From the human T2T-CHM13v2.0 reference genome, Homo sapiens: a stretch of DNA of 64,000 nt. Under the pieces are notes generated by a model. The model did no database searches. It was not told the origin of the DNA and worked only from the letters and a program-made list of their open reading frames with translations. The DNA lies in NCBI RefSeq assembly GCF_009914755.1, contig NC_060927.1. One strand, 5' to 3'. Position 1 is the first letter of the stretch. Every line of letters begins with the position of its first letter. This document shows, piece by piece, positions 10,917 through 23,949 of the stretch. Both the position numbers and the translations under genes were made by a program.

Positions 10917-13272
10917 CAGTTATACCTTGAAGATATTGTGGGTTCAGTTCCAGACCACCTCAATAAAGTGAATATAGCAATAAAGTGAGTTACACAAATT
11001 TTTTGCTTTCCCAGTACATGCAAAAATTATATTTACAGCATACTGTAGTCTATTAAGTATGTAATAGCATGTACAATGTAGATATCATAACTAAAAATAC
11101 TTTGTTGCTAGACAAAATGCTGTCTGAGCCTTCAGCGAGTCTTACTATTTTGCTGGTGGAGGGTCTTGCGTCAACAGTGTTCATGGATGCTGACTAATCA
11201 AAGTGGTGGTTGCTAAAGATTGCAGTGGCAGTGAAAATTTTTAAAAATAAAACAAGGAATTTTTCCACATTGATTGACCCTTCCTGAACAGAAGATTTCT
11301 TTGTAGTATGCAATGCTGTTAAATAGCATTTAACCTACAGTAAAAGTTCTTTCAAAATTGGAACCAATCCTCTTAAGTCTCGATATTGCTTTATTAACTA
11401 ATTTTATGTAACATTCAAATTTTTTTGTTGTCATGTCAACAATGTTCACAGCATCTTCGCCAGGAATAGATTTCATCTTAAGAAACCACTTTCTTTTCTC
11501 GTCCATAAGAAGCAACTCCTCTTCCGTTAAAATTTTATGAGATTGAAGGATTTTGGTCACGTCTTCAGCCTCCACTTGTAGTTGTCTTGCTGTTTCTACC
11601 ATATCTGTAGTTATTTCCTCCACTAAATTTTTGAACCTCTCAAAGTCATCCATAAGAATTGGAATAAACTTCTTCCAACCTCCTATTAATGTTGATGATA
11701 ATCTTGCCATGAAACACAAATGTTCTTAATAGCGTCTAGAATGGTGAATCCTTTTCAAAAGGTTTTGAATTGACTTTGTCCAGATTTATCTAAGAAATCA
11801 CAGCCTATGGCAGTTATAGCCTTATGAAATATGTTTCTTAAATAATAAGAAAGGAAAGTCAAACTTACTCCTTGATATATGAGCTGCAGAATGGATGTTA
11901 TGTTAGTAGGCATGTAAACAACATTGATCTCCTTGTGCTTCGGCACAAGAGCTCTTGGGTGAGATATACAAGAGCTCTCAGATGTATCGTCATTGAGCAA
12001 TGAATATTTTGAAAGAAATCATTTTTTTCTGAACAGCAAGTCTCAACAGTGGGCTTAAAATATTCAGTAAACCATGCTGTAAACAGATGTACTACCATCC
12101 AGGCTCTGTTGTTCTATTTGTAGCCAAGCAGAGCAGATTTGGCATAATTCTTAAGGGCCCTAGGATATTTGGAATAGCAAATCAACATTGGTTTCAACAT
12201 AAAGTCATCAGCTGCTTAGCCCCTAACAAGAGTCAGCTTGTCCTTTGAAGCTTTAAATCCAGGTTATGAAAGTTCTAGACAGCATCTCCTTCCAATATAA
12301 GGCCATGTTGTCTACAATAAAAATCTGATGTTTAGTGTAGCCACCTTCACCAATGATCCTAGCTAGATCTTCTGGATAAGTTGCTACAGTTTCTACATCA
12401 TCACTTGCCACTTCATGTTGCACTTTTATGTTTTGGAGATGGCTTCTTTCCTTAAACTTCATAAACCAATCTTTGCTAGCTTCCAACTTTTCTTCTGCAG
12501 CTTCCTCACCTCTCTCAGGATCTATGGAATTGAAGAGAGTTCGGGCCTTTCCCTGGGTTAGGTTTTGGCTTAAGGAAATACTGTGGTGGGTTTGATCTTC
12601 TATTCAGACCACTACAATTTTCTCCATATCAGCAAAAGGCCCTTTTGCTTTCCTGTCATTTATGTGTGCACTGGGGTAGCACTTTTAATTTCCTTCAAGA
12701 ACTTTTCCTTTGCATTCACAATTTGGCTAACTGTTTGGCACAAGAGACCTAGCTTTTGGCATATCTTGGCTTTCAATGTGCCTTCCTCACTAAGCGTAAT
12801 CATTTTTAGCTTTTGATTTAAAGTAAGAGACATACTACTCTACTTTTAGTTTAACCACTTAGAGGCCCCTGTAGGATTATTAATTGGCTTAATTTCAATA
12901 TTGTCGTGTGTCAGGAAGTAGGGAGGCCCAAAGAGAGAAAGAGAGATGGGGACATGGTCAGCTGGTGAAGCAGTTAGCACACACATTTATTGATTAAGTT
13001 TGCCCTCTCACGTGGATGCAGTCTGTGGTGCCTCCAAACAACTATAAGAGTAACATCAAAGATCACTGAGCATAGATCACCATAACAGATAAAATGATAA
13101 TGAAAAATTTGAAAAATTGCAAGAATTTCCAAAATGTGACACAGAGACACAATGTTGGTACATGCGCTGATAAAGTTGCTCAACACAGAATTGCCGTAAG
13201 CCTTCAATTTGTAAAATGTGCAATATCTGTGAAGTACAATAAAGCAAAGCACAATAAAATGATGTATGCCTG
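10917..13272 (-). mobile_element. Near-full-length Tigger1 (TcMar-Tigger/pogo) DNA transposon
   Basis: 2356 bp; TIR-like ends cagttataccttgaagatattgtg and cacaataaaatgatgtatgcctg; TA target duplication at 10915-10916 and 13273-13274. Confidence 0.95.
11330..12850 (-). pseudogene. Disrupted Tigger1 transposase (TIGD1-like HTH + DDE)
   Basis: Minus-strand ORF fragments [16 protein letters not shown]...[25 protein letters not shown]...KEINVVYMP and WKKFIPILMDDFERFK...GEDAVNIV; broken by stops and frameshifts. Confidence 0.9.
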
Positions 13273-13330
13273 TAAAAATGAGCAAACACACAAAAACCTG
13301 AAGTAGATCAAAAGTTCTAAAATATGTGTA

Positions 13331-13825
13331 CAGCTGACTCTTGAACAACATGGGAGCTAGGGGTATCAACCCCCACACAGACAAAAATGTGAATATAGCT
13401 TTTGACTTCCCAAAACTTAACTACTACCAGCCAATTGTTGACCAAAAGGCTTACTGATAACATAAACTGTCTGTTAACCTGTATTTGTATGTTATATGTA
13501 TTATATACTAAATTATTACAATAAAATAAGCTAGAGAAAAGAAAATGTTATTAAGAAAATTATAAGAAAATAAAATGTACTTGCTATGCATTAAATGGAA
13601 ATAAATCATCATAAAGGTCCTCATCTTTATCATCTTTACATCGAGTAGGCCGAGGAAGATCAGGGATTGATCTTATTGTCTAGGGAGTGGCAGAGGTTAG
13701 AAGAGGTGGAGAAGATGTAATGGGGAGCCAGGAGAGGCAGGCACATTTTGTGTAACTTCTAGTGAAATCAACTTGCTTAAAATGGACCTTCATTGTTCAA
13801 ATCCATGTGTTTTAAAGGTCAAGCA
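13331..13825 (-). mobile_element. Tigger2a (MER28)-like non-autonomous element
   Basis: TA|cagctgactcttgaacaaca start, aaggtcaagca|TA end, internal ttgacttcccaaaacttaactact. Confidence 0.85.
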
Positions 13826-14959
13826 TAATTATTGTCCCAGAAGAAAAGGAGAGTAAGGGGACAGAAAAAATATTTAAGGAAATAATGGCTAAAAGTTTTA
13901 CAAATTTAGTGAAAGGTAGGTTCAAGAAACTCAGCAAATCTTAACCAAATAAGTACCAAAGAATGCCCCAAGCCATATCATAGTCAGACTAGTGGCCGAC
14001 CAGAAATAAGACAAAAATCTTGAGAGTTAGAAAACATGTATGCATACAAGGAGTAATGATTTAAATTATCATAGATTTTTAATCAGAAACTGTAGAGAAC
14101 AAAGCCTTTAAAAAGACAATCTTTAATTTATTAAATTAAAAAATAAGGAAACCAAGAATTCTATATCCAGCAAAAATATTTATCAAGAATAAAGGAGAAA
14201 TAAACAGATTTTATATAAAGGAAAACTAGGAGAATTAACCATCAAAATATACCTACACTGGAAGAAATTTTAAGAAGTTATTTTGGCCAAAAAAATATGA
14301 AAATGGAGATAAAATCAGATATTCAGAGACAGAGAACATCAGAAATCTTAAATATCTTAGTGAATTACAGGATATTTCTTTTTCTTAATTTAAAAAAAAT
14401 ACACAACTGAAACAATTTTTAATGGACATCCGGAAGGTGGAGGGAAATGGTCTAAGTTGTAATGTTTCTACATTTTATGTTGTTACCATAATTCTGATTA
14501 GATAAAATATTTTGAATAAACATGATTTTTCTGAATAAAATATTATTCATCCATTTTTTAAGATGATGTTAGAAATGCTTACCCACATTTAATAGGCGTG
14601 TGTTTTACTCCATTTCTACATTTTACTTGGAATATACTAAAATTGTAGTAATTCAAGAGCAACTTCCACCTTTTGGGCAAGGATGACATATTTACAAAGG
14701 TGAATCAATAATTAAGTAAAAATGAAATGTTAGGATTCATTTCACTCTTTCAGCAAATATTCACTGAATGCTATAATAGAAAATATATGTATTTGAACTC
14801 CACACACATACTCACAAACACATGCATATCAATACCAGTGGGATTAAAAGGAATAAAAGAAGAGATGAAAACTTTTTTCCTTCAAATGAAAACACATGAA
14901 AATACTTATCTATCCTCACAGTACCTTAGAAAACACACAGAAAGCATTAAAATAAAATG

Positions 14960-15780
14960 AATTAAGAAGTGGATAAATTAATATTTAAATTAGAACATTT
15001 TTGCATCAAGAGATACTATAAAATGCATTAAGACAAGTCCCAAACTAGGAGAAAAATATTTTTAAAATTCTAAAAATAAGTTAGTAGAAGAAAAATAGCT
15101 CAAAAACTCTTAAACAGATGATGTTCAAAGAAGAGAAAAACAAAATGGCCATAAACAGATTATCGATTTGTATTAGATATTATCCATTAATATTCAAGGA
15201 GATTCAGTTAAACCACAGTGAGATTACATTTTTGTCCCTATCAGGTTAGCAAAACTTAAAATATCTGACAATAACACATTTTAGTTAGGATGTAGAGTAA
15301 TGGAACTCATACATTACTGTCAGAAGTAAATTGGTAAAACCATTTTAGAGAGCAATTTTGCAATATCAGATAAATTTAAGATATACACATGCTGCCCCTC
15401 AGCAATTTTATTTCTAAGTATGTATGAACAGAAACTCTTGCATAAGTACAAAGAAGCATATGAATAAGAATAATTATTGCAGCATTGTTGATAGTAGAGA
15501 AACATTATGGATGGGAACAAATTATGTTATACTCATAAAAATAATATTCTATGGGAGAAAAATGAAAATTTTAAAGGTAAACTTTTATGGGTCACCATAA
15601 ATGCACCTCACAAGCATAATATTAAGAAAAAACAAGCTTCACATATCAAATATTAAAACATATCTAGCAAAACTACATTTAATATAGGTGTACATATAGG
15701 TATAGCAAATTATCAAGAAATGCATAAAATTGTGATAATAAACACCCAATTCTATATAGTATTTTTCTTGGAAGAGGGAT
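14960..15780 (+). mobile_element. L1ME-type ORF2 end/3'UTR remnant
   Basis: aaccacagtgagattac...ggatgtagagtaatggaactcatac...cagcaattttatttctaagtat. Confidence 0.7.
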
Positions 15781-18051
15781 GATACAATGATGAAAGAATA
15801 CATATCATAACAGGGAGAACAGTCAGGAAGCTATTACCCTGGTCCTATCAAGGGATTATCACTTAGACTAGAAAATTATGAAGCTGATATCTAAATTCAG
15901 TTTTTTAAAAAATTTACCAGTTGAAAGTAATCTTCTAGTTAAGAGTCTCATACTTAATGACCAAATGTGTCTCTTTTTATTATGTGAGAGTTCTCAAACT
16001 GAGACTAAGCTTCTCTCTTTGTCAGACAAAAGAAGCACCTGTCTCTTTATCTTGTCCCGAGGTTATATAATAGTACATGTTTACCATCAGCTTTTCTAAC
16101 TAAACAGACTGCAGAATTATTTATACAATGGTCACACAAAGCAGCAATGGGAAAACATATCAATGTAATAGATTCAATAAAGCTTAATTTTTTAGTTAAA
16201 TATTTTGGTCACACCATTTTGGCAACTAATAATTTTTTTCTGCAATTCTTCCTTGTCTAATATGTAACACTGAGAAATGAGGCTTCATTAACATCTCCTA
16301 GAAACTCTTCTATAATATCATATGTAAAATCTTCTGTAAATATCTGTGCACATCTAGCCCCTCAACACTTAATTTTAAATTGCACACTTTACATCTGAAA
16401 AATTGCCTGTCTTGAAATGATTCTCTAGGAATAATTCTCTGCACATATTTCAATGTGATGCCTGTCATCCAGGGATTTCAGAATGTTTCAGTTATGTCAA
16501 TATACTAAACATATATACATATTTAGTAAACTTTTTTTTACGAAATATGCAAGAATCTTTAGATGATAGTTCACAAGCTTTCTTCCTTAGAACTGTGATG
16601 CATGGGAGGATGTGAATTTAGAATTTGCTAGAGATAAGATGAAAAAGTAAAGTGGAAAATAATCTTAACTGCATTATCTTCTTCATAAAGACAGTTTAGA
16701 TATTTGATTAGTGGAGTTTCCCACATGAATTCAAATAAGTTGATTTGTCTATGGGGGAAAAAAGAAGATTGAAAAATACTGCTCTGCACTTGCAATTGGA
16801 GGTTCAAACTAAATTTTAAACAATAATAAGAGCTTGTTCACAACATCAGCTTCCATGAGTCAAGATTGAAGCACATCAGTAATTATCTTGAAGGAAGTTT
16901 CAACATTTAAAAAATTGTATTTTAAACTCAATACTAAAACAAAAATAATGGAGCATATAAGAAAGAAAAATGCTCTACAAACATTCCACAGCAATAATCT
17001 GACAAGCTTAAACCAAAAAGTGAATGTACTGTATTTTTAAAATCTCTAATGGGCGAATAAGGACTGACATTCAAGACAACAAAATTAGATGTATAAATAT
17101 GAGTAGGTGGTTTAAAAATGAACCAATTCAAAGTTCAATTAAGAATAGTCATAAAAGTATCACTCGACTACCTATAGTAGACTAGCTCATAGGAAGAAAA
17201 AAATGTACTTGGAATCAAGAACTGAGAAAAATTTTCAAAATGTATCACAGAGAGATTAAGAAATTAGAAAAAATAAATGCAAACTTAAGAGACATTGAAG
17301 ATAGAGAAACTTTAAATCCTTCTAATAGCAGTCCTAGAAGAAATAAATAGAAAGAATAAGATTGAAGTAAAAGGATAATGCCTATGTATTTTTTGAGTTA
17401 AATGAAAGCATGTATCCTTAGATTGAACTTCCTGTCATGTGCCAACCAAGCGTCAACAAGAAAGAAAAGAAGGAAAGAAGGAAAGAAGGTAGGAATGAGA
17501 AGGAGCCTAGAAACATTATAGTAAAACAGTAAACTTTATAGTAAAACAGTAGACTGTTTTTTAAAAAACTTAAAACTCATCAAAGAAAACAGATGCATAC
17601 CCTAGACAGAAATTAAAATCTTACAATGATAGCTATCTGTTCATAGTTGCTCAGCTTCAAATTTACCCTGTATTATCTGCTATGCAAAAACATAGATTGA
17701 CCCTTTACATTTTTTCCTTTGTCCACTGGAATGATGCTAAAATTTGTCAGTAAGGGATACTGGAGAGACAGCAAAAAGTAGAGGTTTTCATTCTGAGTTC
17801 CGTGTACTCTCCCATCAGGCAGTACATGCCCAGCTACTGCTACAAACACAGGTTACTTCACCAGAACATGACTCCTGCAACAACTACAGCTTCACTGCCT
17901 GGATCCTAGGTTTTGCAATGCAATGAAGGCAGCTTCTCCACTACTGGGTTTCTGTGTTACAGATGGCTTCACCAGCACCCAGCTCCTGCAGTATCCAGTT
18001 GTCAGCAGCACCCAGCAGCCAGCAGCTTCTTTTGGCATCCCTCTTGGGTGG

Positions 18052-18991
18052 TGCAAAATCAGGGAACAATTTACAAGACCACCTTTATTTTTTACACCAA
18101 TTGCAAGTTTGGAAGTCTCCAATACTACCATTAGTTTTATAATTCACTACAAGGACTCATAAAACTCACTGAAAGTTGTTACACTAATTATGATTTGCTA
18201 TCAACTAAATGTTTGTTTGTCCCCCTATAATTCATATGTAGAAATCCTGATCTCTAAATGTGATGGTATTAGGAGGTACAGAATTTGGAATGTGATTAGG
18301 TTATGAAGTAGATAGAGCCCTCCTGAGTGGATTAGTGCCATTATAAAAGAGACCCTAGAGAGATCCCTCACCCCTTCCAGCTTGTGAGGACATGGTGAGA
18401 AGATAGTCCTCCATCTATGACCCAGTGATTGAGCCCTCACCAGTCACTGAATATGACAGTCCTTTGATCTTGAACTTCCCAGCCACCAAAACTGTGAGAA
18501 ATAAATTTTTATTGTCTCTAAGCCACACAGTTTATGGCTTTCTCTTACAGAAGCCTGAGTGGACTAATACATGGTGTACAACAGCAAAATAATATAGATT
18601 AAAATCAGCCAAGGGAAGCGATACATGAATCAGAGTTTCCAGTTGTCATTTCCCAGTGAAGTTATGTCCATGTTAACTCCTTCCAGCAATGATACGTACA
18701 AATATGCTGGGAAAATTGCCAACCAGGAAAGTTCACCCAAGCCTTTGTGTCCACATATTTTATTGGAGCTCAGTAACAGAGACATAGTTAACCACCTTCA
18801 TTTTTAGCTCCTCCAGAAGTCAAGCTGATACCACATGGCCCAAAGTTTCTACTATAAATCACATTGTAAGACTATCGAATGTGGTAAGATACTTTCTTCA
18901 GGCAGGACATTCCAAATTTTAGAGAATGCGTCCCATAAGCCAAGGGCAAAGGCTAGACTTCTCTTTGGTAAAATTAAATCTTTACTATACA
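18052..18991 (-). mobile_element. MER21C-like LTR, split by MLT1A0
   Basis: aaggactcataaaactcactgaaag, gattaaaatcagccaaggga, gccaaccaggaaagttcacccaagcc; TG...CA ends; flanks ggtgg/gatgg. Confidence 0.75.
18196..18571 (+). mobile_element. MLT1A0-like full solo LTR
   Basis: tgctat...aattcatatgtagaaatcct...aactgtgagaaataaattt...ggactaataca. Confidence 0.9.
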
Positions 18992-19754
18992 GATGGTTCG
19001 TAGCAGAGTGTCTCTGATGCTGTAACTCCCCATAGGCAGCTTTCTTCTGCATCTTAGAGGGTGAATTTCTGGCAAGTTCTATCAGCATGGCACCACCAAA
19101 ACATCTGTCATACAGTGAGTCATTAGTGTGCCCATTTCAACAAAGTCTGGATCTCAACCCTGGGGGTAAAGGGATGTCTCTTTGTTGAGTGCTTATCTCA
19201 GCCCCAGCATTCATGAATCTGTCTTATTTTTGTGATTCCCATACTTTTTATATTCTGCTTTCCTTCTCACCATTCAATTATTTGATATTTCCATTTTCTG
19301 TGGTAGTTAAGGATTCTATATATTAAATATTTCCTATTCAAATTGCTGTGTGGGTTCTAGACTCTGATGATACAGGATTAAGTAGACTTCCTGCCTGTAA
19401 CAAACATCTCCAAAAAAAAAGTGAAAAATATCTTCAAAATGCTAATTAAAATTAGCCATCAACATCAAATTCTATGAAAAGCAAATATATATTTTGAGAA
19501 TGAATAAAAACATATTCTGTTATTTAAGTACTAGGATATTTTATAAAAAATAGACTGTCACAGAAAAACTGCTAAAAGACTTATATCTGTAAAAAGGAAA
19601 ATAAACCCAGAAAAGAAGAGTCGAATTCAAGTTGCAATAGTAAACAAAGAAACAATTTTAGATTAATGGTAAATATAAACTAAACGTCTCTTTTTTTGTG
19701 ATTGTATATTTTTTGTATATGCATGTGTGTCTGTTTATGTATATAAACACAAGT

Positions 19755-20460
19755 GGTAACTAAAATTATAGACAATTTAATTCTAAATTTCATATGAAAA
19801 TATGAACGACAGAGAATAGTCAAGGCAATTTTGAAAAACAGAACAATGTTGACTGTGTAACAACTGATTTCAAAATTTATTATAAAGTATGGTAATAAAA
19901 AATAGTGTAGTATTGGCAACAAGATAGAAAAATAGATTAATGAAACAGAATTGAGAGTTCAGAAGTAGACTGACATTTCTGGGCAACTGACTTGACAAAA
20001 TGGAAATAGATATAGTGCTGGACTACTTGGGTATCAATATGAAATAATGAAACTCAACTTGTAACTCACACCATATCAAAAAGTAAACTCAAAATAGATA
20101 ATAGATCTATGTGCAAAACCTAAAACTATAAAGCTTCTGTGAAAAAGACAAAATTAGCCTGAACTTAAATTAGGCAACGATTTATTTAATACAACACCAA
20201 AAGTATGATACATAAAAAACAAATTGAAAATTGAATTTCATCAACACATAAAACTTCTGCTATTCAAAAAGTACTCTTAAGAGAATGAAAAAAGTGAGAG
20301 AAAATTTTCTAGCATATATAAGACAAAGAACTTGTATTCAGACTATATAATGAATTCTCAAACAACAAACAATGGAACATTAATAAATTAAAAATTGGAC
20401 AAAAGATTTGAACATTTCACCAAACATTTGCCATACAAATGGCAAATACACACACATAAA
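19755..20460 (+). mobile_element. Old L1M ORF2 3' region remnant
   Basis: attctaaatttcatatgaaaa...aaacagaattgagagttcagaa...aaacctaaaactataaagcttct. Confidence 0.75.
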
Positions 20461-22450
20461 TTGGAACTTTCAACTCTGGGAAGATAGAATAGATAGACTT
20501 TTCCATTTTTATCCTGCTAAGTACAATTAAGTACCCTGGGTGTTACATATGAAAGAAACTTAAAAGGAATCTGAAAGGTAGAAGGAAGAAGACAGCTTAT
20601 CTAGGCACCTCAGGACCAGAGGACAGAAATTGCTATGGACTGAATGTTTGTGCCCCTCACGTCCCAATTTCATATATTATTAACTAATCCCCAACTTGAT
20701 AGTATTTGGAGATGAGAACTTTGAGTGGTTATGAGATCATGAAGGTGGAACTGTCATGATAGGATTAGTGCCCTTCTAAGAAGAGACATAAAAGAGCTTG
20801 CTTTTTCTCTCTGCTCTCAGCCATGTGAAGATGCAGGGAGAAAGCAGCCACCTGTCAACCAGGAAGCAGGCATTCAGCAAGAACCCAACTGTGCTGACAT
20901 CTTGATCTCAGGCGTTCAGTCTTCAGAACCATGGGAAATAAATGTTTGTTGTTTAAGCCACCCCGTTTATAATATTCTGTTACAGCAGCCTGAGCTGACA
21001 AAGATAGAAATGGTGATAAATTATCGAGGTTTTCTCTTTTGCCTCATATATTCCAGACTTTGAGCTGAAGAAGCCAGCAATCTGGACATACCAACAGGCA
21101 CAGACCAAAAAAAAAAAATATATATCCCAACAAAAGCCTACTTATTTTTAGATAGAGAACTAGGAATAGGGCAGCCTAGCAAGCCAGAAAACTTCTAGAT
21201 AATAACCATCCTACTTTATCTAAACACCACTGAAAAAGCTGTGGCCTCATCTATATTCTAACTGTCAAAGGCCAAGTGGGGAGTCTAGACTTCCACCTTT
21301 AGGAAGTTGTAATGAGACCCTATCAAGTTGGTGTAAGAGAAGGTCAGGTAGAAAGCCAAAATGTATGCCTCTGCAAGCCAACAACAAAGCAACATCCACT
21401 TTCTCCAGTGTTAGTGAAGACCAAGACCATGTAGGGAGACTGGAATTCCATCACCACCTCAGTATGATGTGACTCTCGCACTCGATGGTGTCACAGGTGA
21501 CCTAGTAGAAAGTCAAGGTGGTGATAAGGAAGCCACCCTAACCACAGTGTCAGTGGAGACCTGGAACATAGGGACCTGGAACTTCCACCCCACCCTTCCT
21601 TAGGTGTCAGTGGAAGCCAAGTAGGAAACCTAAAAAAGTTACAAAAAGAGATATACTTGAAAGCAATATAAATAAATGAAAAATAAAATTATAAAAATAT
21701 TGAAGTAACGTAAAGCAGCAAGAAGAAAACAGAAGAGAAAAACAGAAAGAAAAAAATATGTCAGAGTAAGCCCTAACATACCAATAATTACGTTAAATGT
21801 AAATCACTTAATTACACCAATTGAAAGACAGATATTTACAAAGTAAATTGAAAAAACATCACCCAACTGTATGTGGTCTTGAGGAAATTCACTTAAAATA
21901 TAGCAACGTAGGCAGGTTAAAATTAAAGGATTGGAAAAAATATGCCACTTAAACTTGATCAAAGGAAATTAGAAATTATATTAATAATGGATAAAGTTGA
22001 CTCCAGAGCAAAGAAAGTTACCAAAGACAGAGGAGGGATAGAACATAATAATAAAAGTGTCAATTCACCTAGAGGACATTGTAATCCTAAATGTGTATGT
22101 ACAGATACTAGAGCTACCAAATACATGAAACAAAAATTAATAGAACTGAAAGGAGAGATTTTAAAAATTTACACTTACAGTTGGAGACTTCAAATTTTTC
22201 CATTCAATAATTTATATAACAAATATATAATCAGCAAAGATATAAAGTAATTAAACACCATCAAACAACAGGATCTAAGTGACACTTATAAAACACTTTA
22301 CCAACAGCAGAATACACATTACTTTAATATTCACACCAAACATATACAAAGATAGGTCATGTGCTGGGTCATAAAACAAATCTCAAGAGAGTATTCTCTC
22401 CAACCACAATAAAAGCAAACTAGAAATCAATAGTATAAATATAACAGGAA
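20461..22450 (+). mobile_element. L1MC/MD-type 5'UTR plus ORF2 endonuclease remnant, split by MLT1A
   Basis: 5'UTR with repeated ggaacttccacc-like units; ataattacgttaaatgtaaat (EN start, ITLNVN) near 21785. Confidence 0.65.
20631..21006 (+). mobile_element. MLT1A-like full solo LTR
   Basis: tgctatggactgaatgtttgtg...cagcagcctgagctgac; perfect 5-bp TSD gaaat at 20626-20630 and 21007-21011. Confidence 0.92.
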
Positions 22451-22999
22451 AAACAGAAAGGGCTATCCATAAGGAAATGAAAAATTTTAGTGGAGTGTTT
22501 ACACCATGCAGCATTAACTATATAATAGTTAAAATAATTATGGTATGGATAAATCACAGAAATATAAGGTGAAATAAAAATTTTAAAACAAAGTTGCAAA
22601 ACAAAAACAGGAAAACAGGATATTTATGTAAATATTACTAAACGCATGTACAAAAATATGTTTTAATTGGTTATGGATTAAAAATATAACAATGGACTGG
22701 AACACAATATACTATACTAATAATCATGGTCTCCGTGAAAGGAAGAACAATGGATATTGCAAAAGAATATAAGATGTATCTGTATTTGTTTAAATGATAT
22801 GTATGTATGTATGTCTAGATACCATGTAAATTTTAAAATTCTAACTAATATTAACAACTTGAAAGGACTTACATCTATCTATATGATTTAGTGCTTAAAA
22901 AATTGGATGCTATGCAGAATAATGTTAACAGGATTTGCTATAGTCTTCTTATAAGTCCATACAAATGCTTAATGTGTTGTGGTTTTGTCTTTGTTGTCA

Positions 23000-23205
23000 G
23001 TGTAACCTAGGTTCAAATTACTAGTCCACTACTAGGAAGTTGCATGACTCTAGACAACTTGCTCAAATTCTGTCCTGAATTCCTATGTCCTTATCTTGTG
23101 CTAACCCATATATATGTTTTTAGGATTCAATGCAGCAATAAATAAAAGACAAATAATGTATTGAGTTAGCTGGCACTTACTGAGCATCTAATAAGATGTA
23201 GTTAC
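23000..23205 (+). mobile_element. MIR remnant
   Basis: cctaggttcaaattactag...catgactctagacaacttgc...ctggcacttactgagcatc. Confidence 0.6.
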
Positions 23206-23457
23206 TTTAGTAAAACCTTAGTGCATTCATGACTAAGTTTACTTTTCTTGCAGAAAATGGGTAGAGTTAAATAAGACTTATTAAATGATCATTTTGAAAA
23301 TTTATTTACTTATATATTCATTTCTGTCAATGATTTTCACAGCTTGGAACATTAAGAAACAGTAGCAATTTGTAGAAAGATCATCTGGGATGCACTGAAC
23401 TAAATGATACTCTTTCTTAAAATGCACTTCTCACCCACATAGAAATGGTAGCCATGT

Positions 23458-23949
23458 ATAATGATATGAACGAATCTCAATATTCTTATGTTGTTCTGAA
23501 AGGAACTAGACACAAAAGAGTACATAATATATTACTTCATTGATATGAATGTATAAAAAAGAAAAATCTATTATGACAGAAAGCACATCAATGGATACTT
23601 AGGACCAGAAGTGCATGGAAAATTAAATAAGGGCACAAGGAACTTTTTAGGATGATAGAAATGTTCTATATATTGATTAATTCACAATTATATTGCTGAA
23701 GATTTAAGGTGTATAAATACGCCAAAAGTCATCAAATGTGCACATAAAATGGGTGCATTTTAATGTGCAAATTATACCTCAATAAAATTGTTCTTTTTCA
23801 AAAGTGAAAAAAAAAAGAATTATACACTAGGACCAAGTGGGATTTATACCAGGCATTTAATGTCAGTTTAACATCCAAAAACTAATTAATGTAATACCAT
23901 ATTAATAGAATAAAGAACAAAAAACCACATGATCATTTAAAAAAAAAAA
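23458..23949 (+). mobile_element. Retrotransposed insertion of ancient L1 sequence (L1ME 3' end + L1M ORF2 piece) with poly-A and TSD
   Basis: Perfect 17-bp direct repeat agaaatggtagccatgt at 23441-23457 and 23950-23966; AATAAA at 23909-23914; A-run from 23939. Confidence 0.85.

Larger units (their letters stand above)
9945..14400 (+). mobile_element. Old L1M 5'UTR/ORF1 remnant interrupted by two Tigger elements
   Basis: ORF1-like sequence at ~10500-10914, 13275-13328 and 13828-14400 (aaaaaatatttaaggaaataatggct, ccaagaattctatatccagcaaaa). Confidence 0.7.
17635..19374. mobile_element. ERVL-class LTR (LTR52/LTR41-like), split by MER21
   Basis: tgctcagcttcaaatttaccc...tttgtcagtaagggatactggagagac start and ttcaaattgctgtgtgggtt...gataca end; host parts 17635-18051 and 18992-19374. 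Confidence 0.55.
17050..19680 (+). mobile_element. Old L1M/HAL1-type ORF1 remnant hosting nested LTRs
   Basis: ORF1-like A-rich sequence at ~17050-17630 resumes after 19375. Confidence 0.55.

Noticed and set aside
11932-11949. UUCG hairpin as an intrinsic terminator or ncRNA
   Set aside because: Eukaryotic transposon context with no U-tract; better explained as a mutational scar.
11330-12486. TIGD1-like domesticated transposase gene
   Set aside because: The reading frame is fragmented and lies within an element that still has TIRs and a TA duplication; it is a dead Tigger1.
21280-21600. Spaced degenerate repeats (gga..ctggaacttccacc) resembling an array
   Set aside because: They lie within an old L1 5'UTR, which is known to carry tandem units; irregular and not CRISPR-like.
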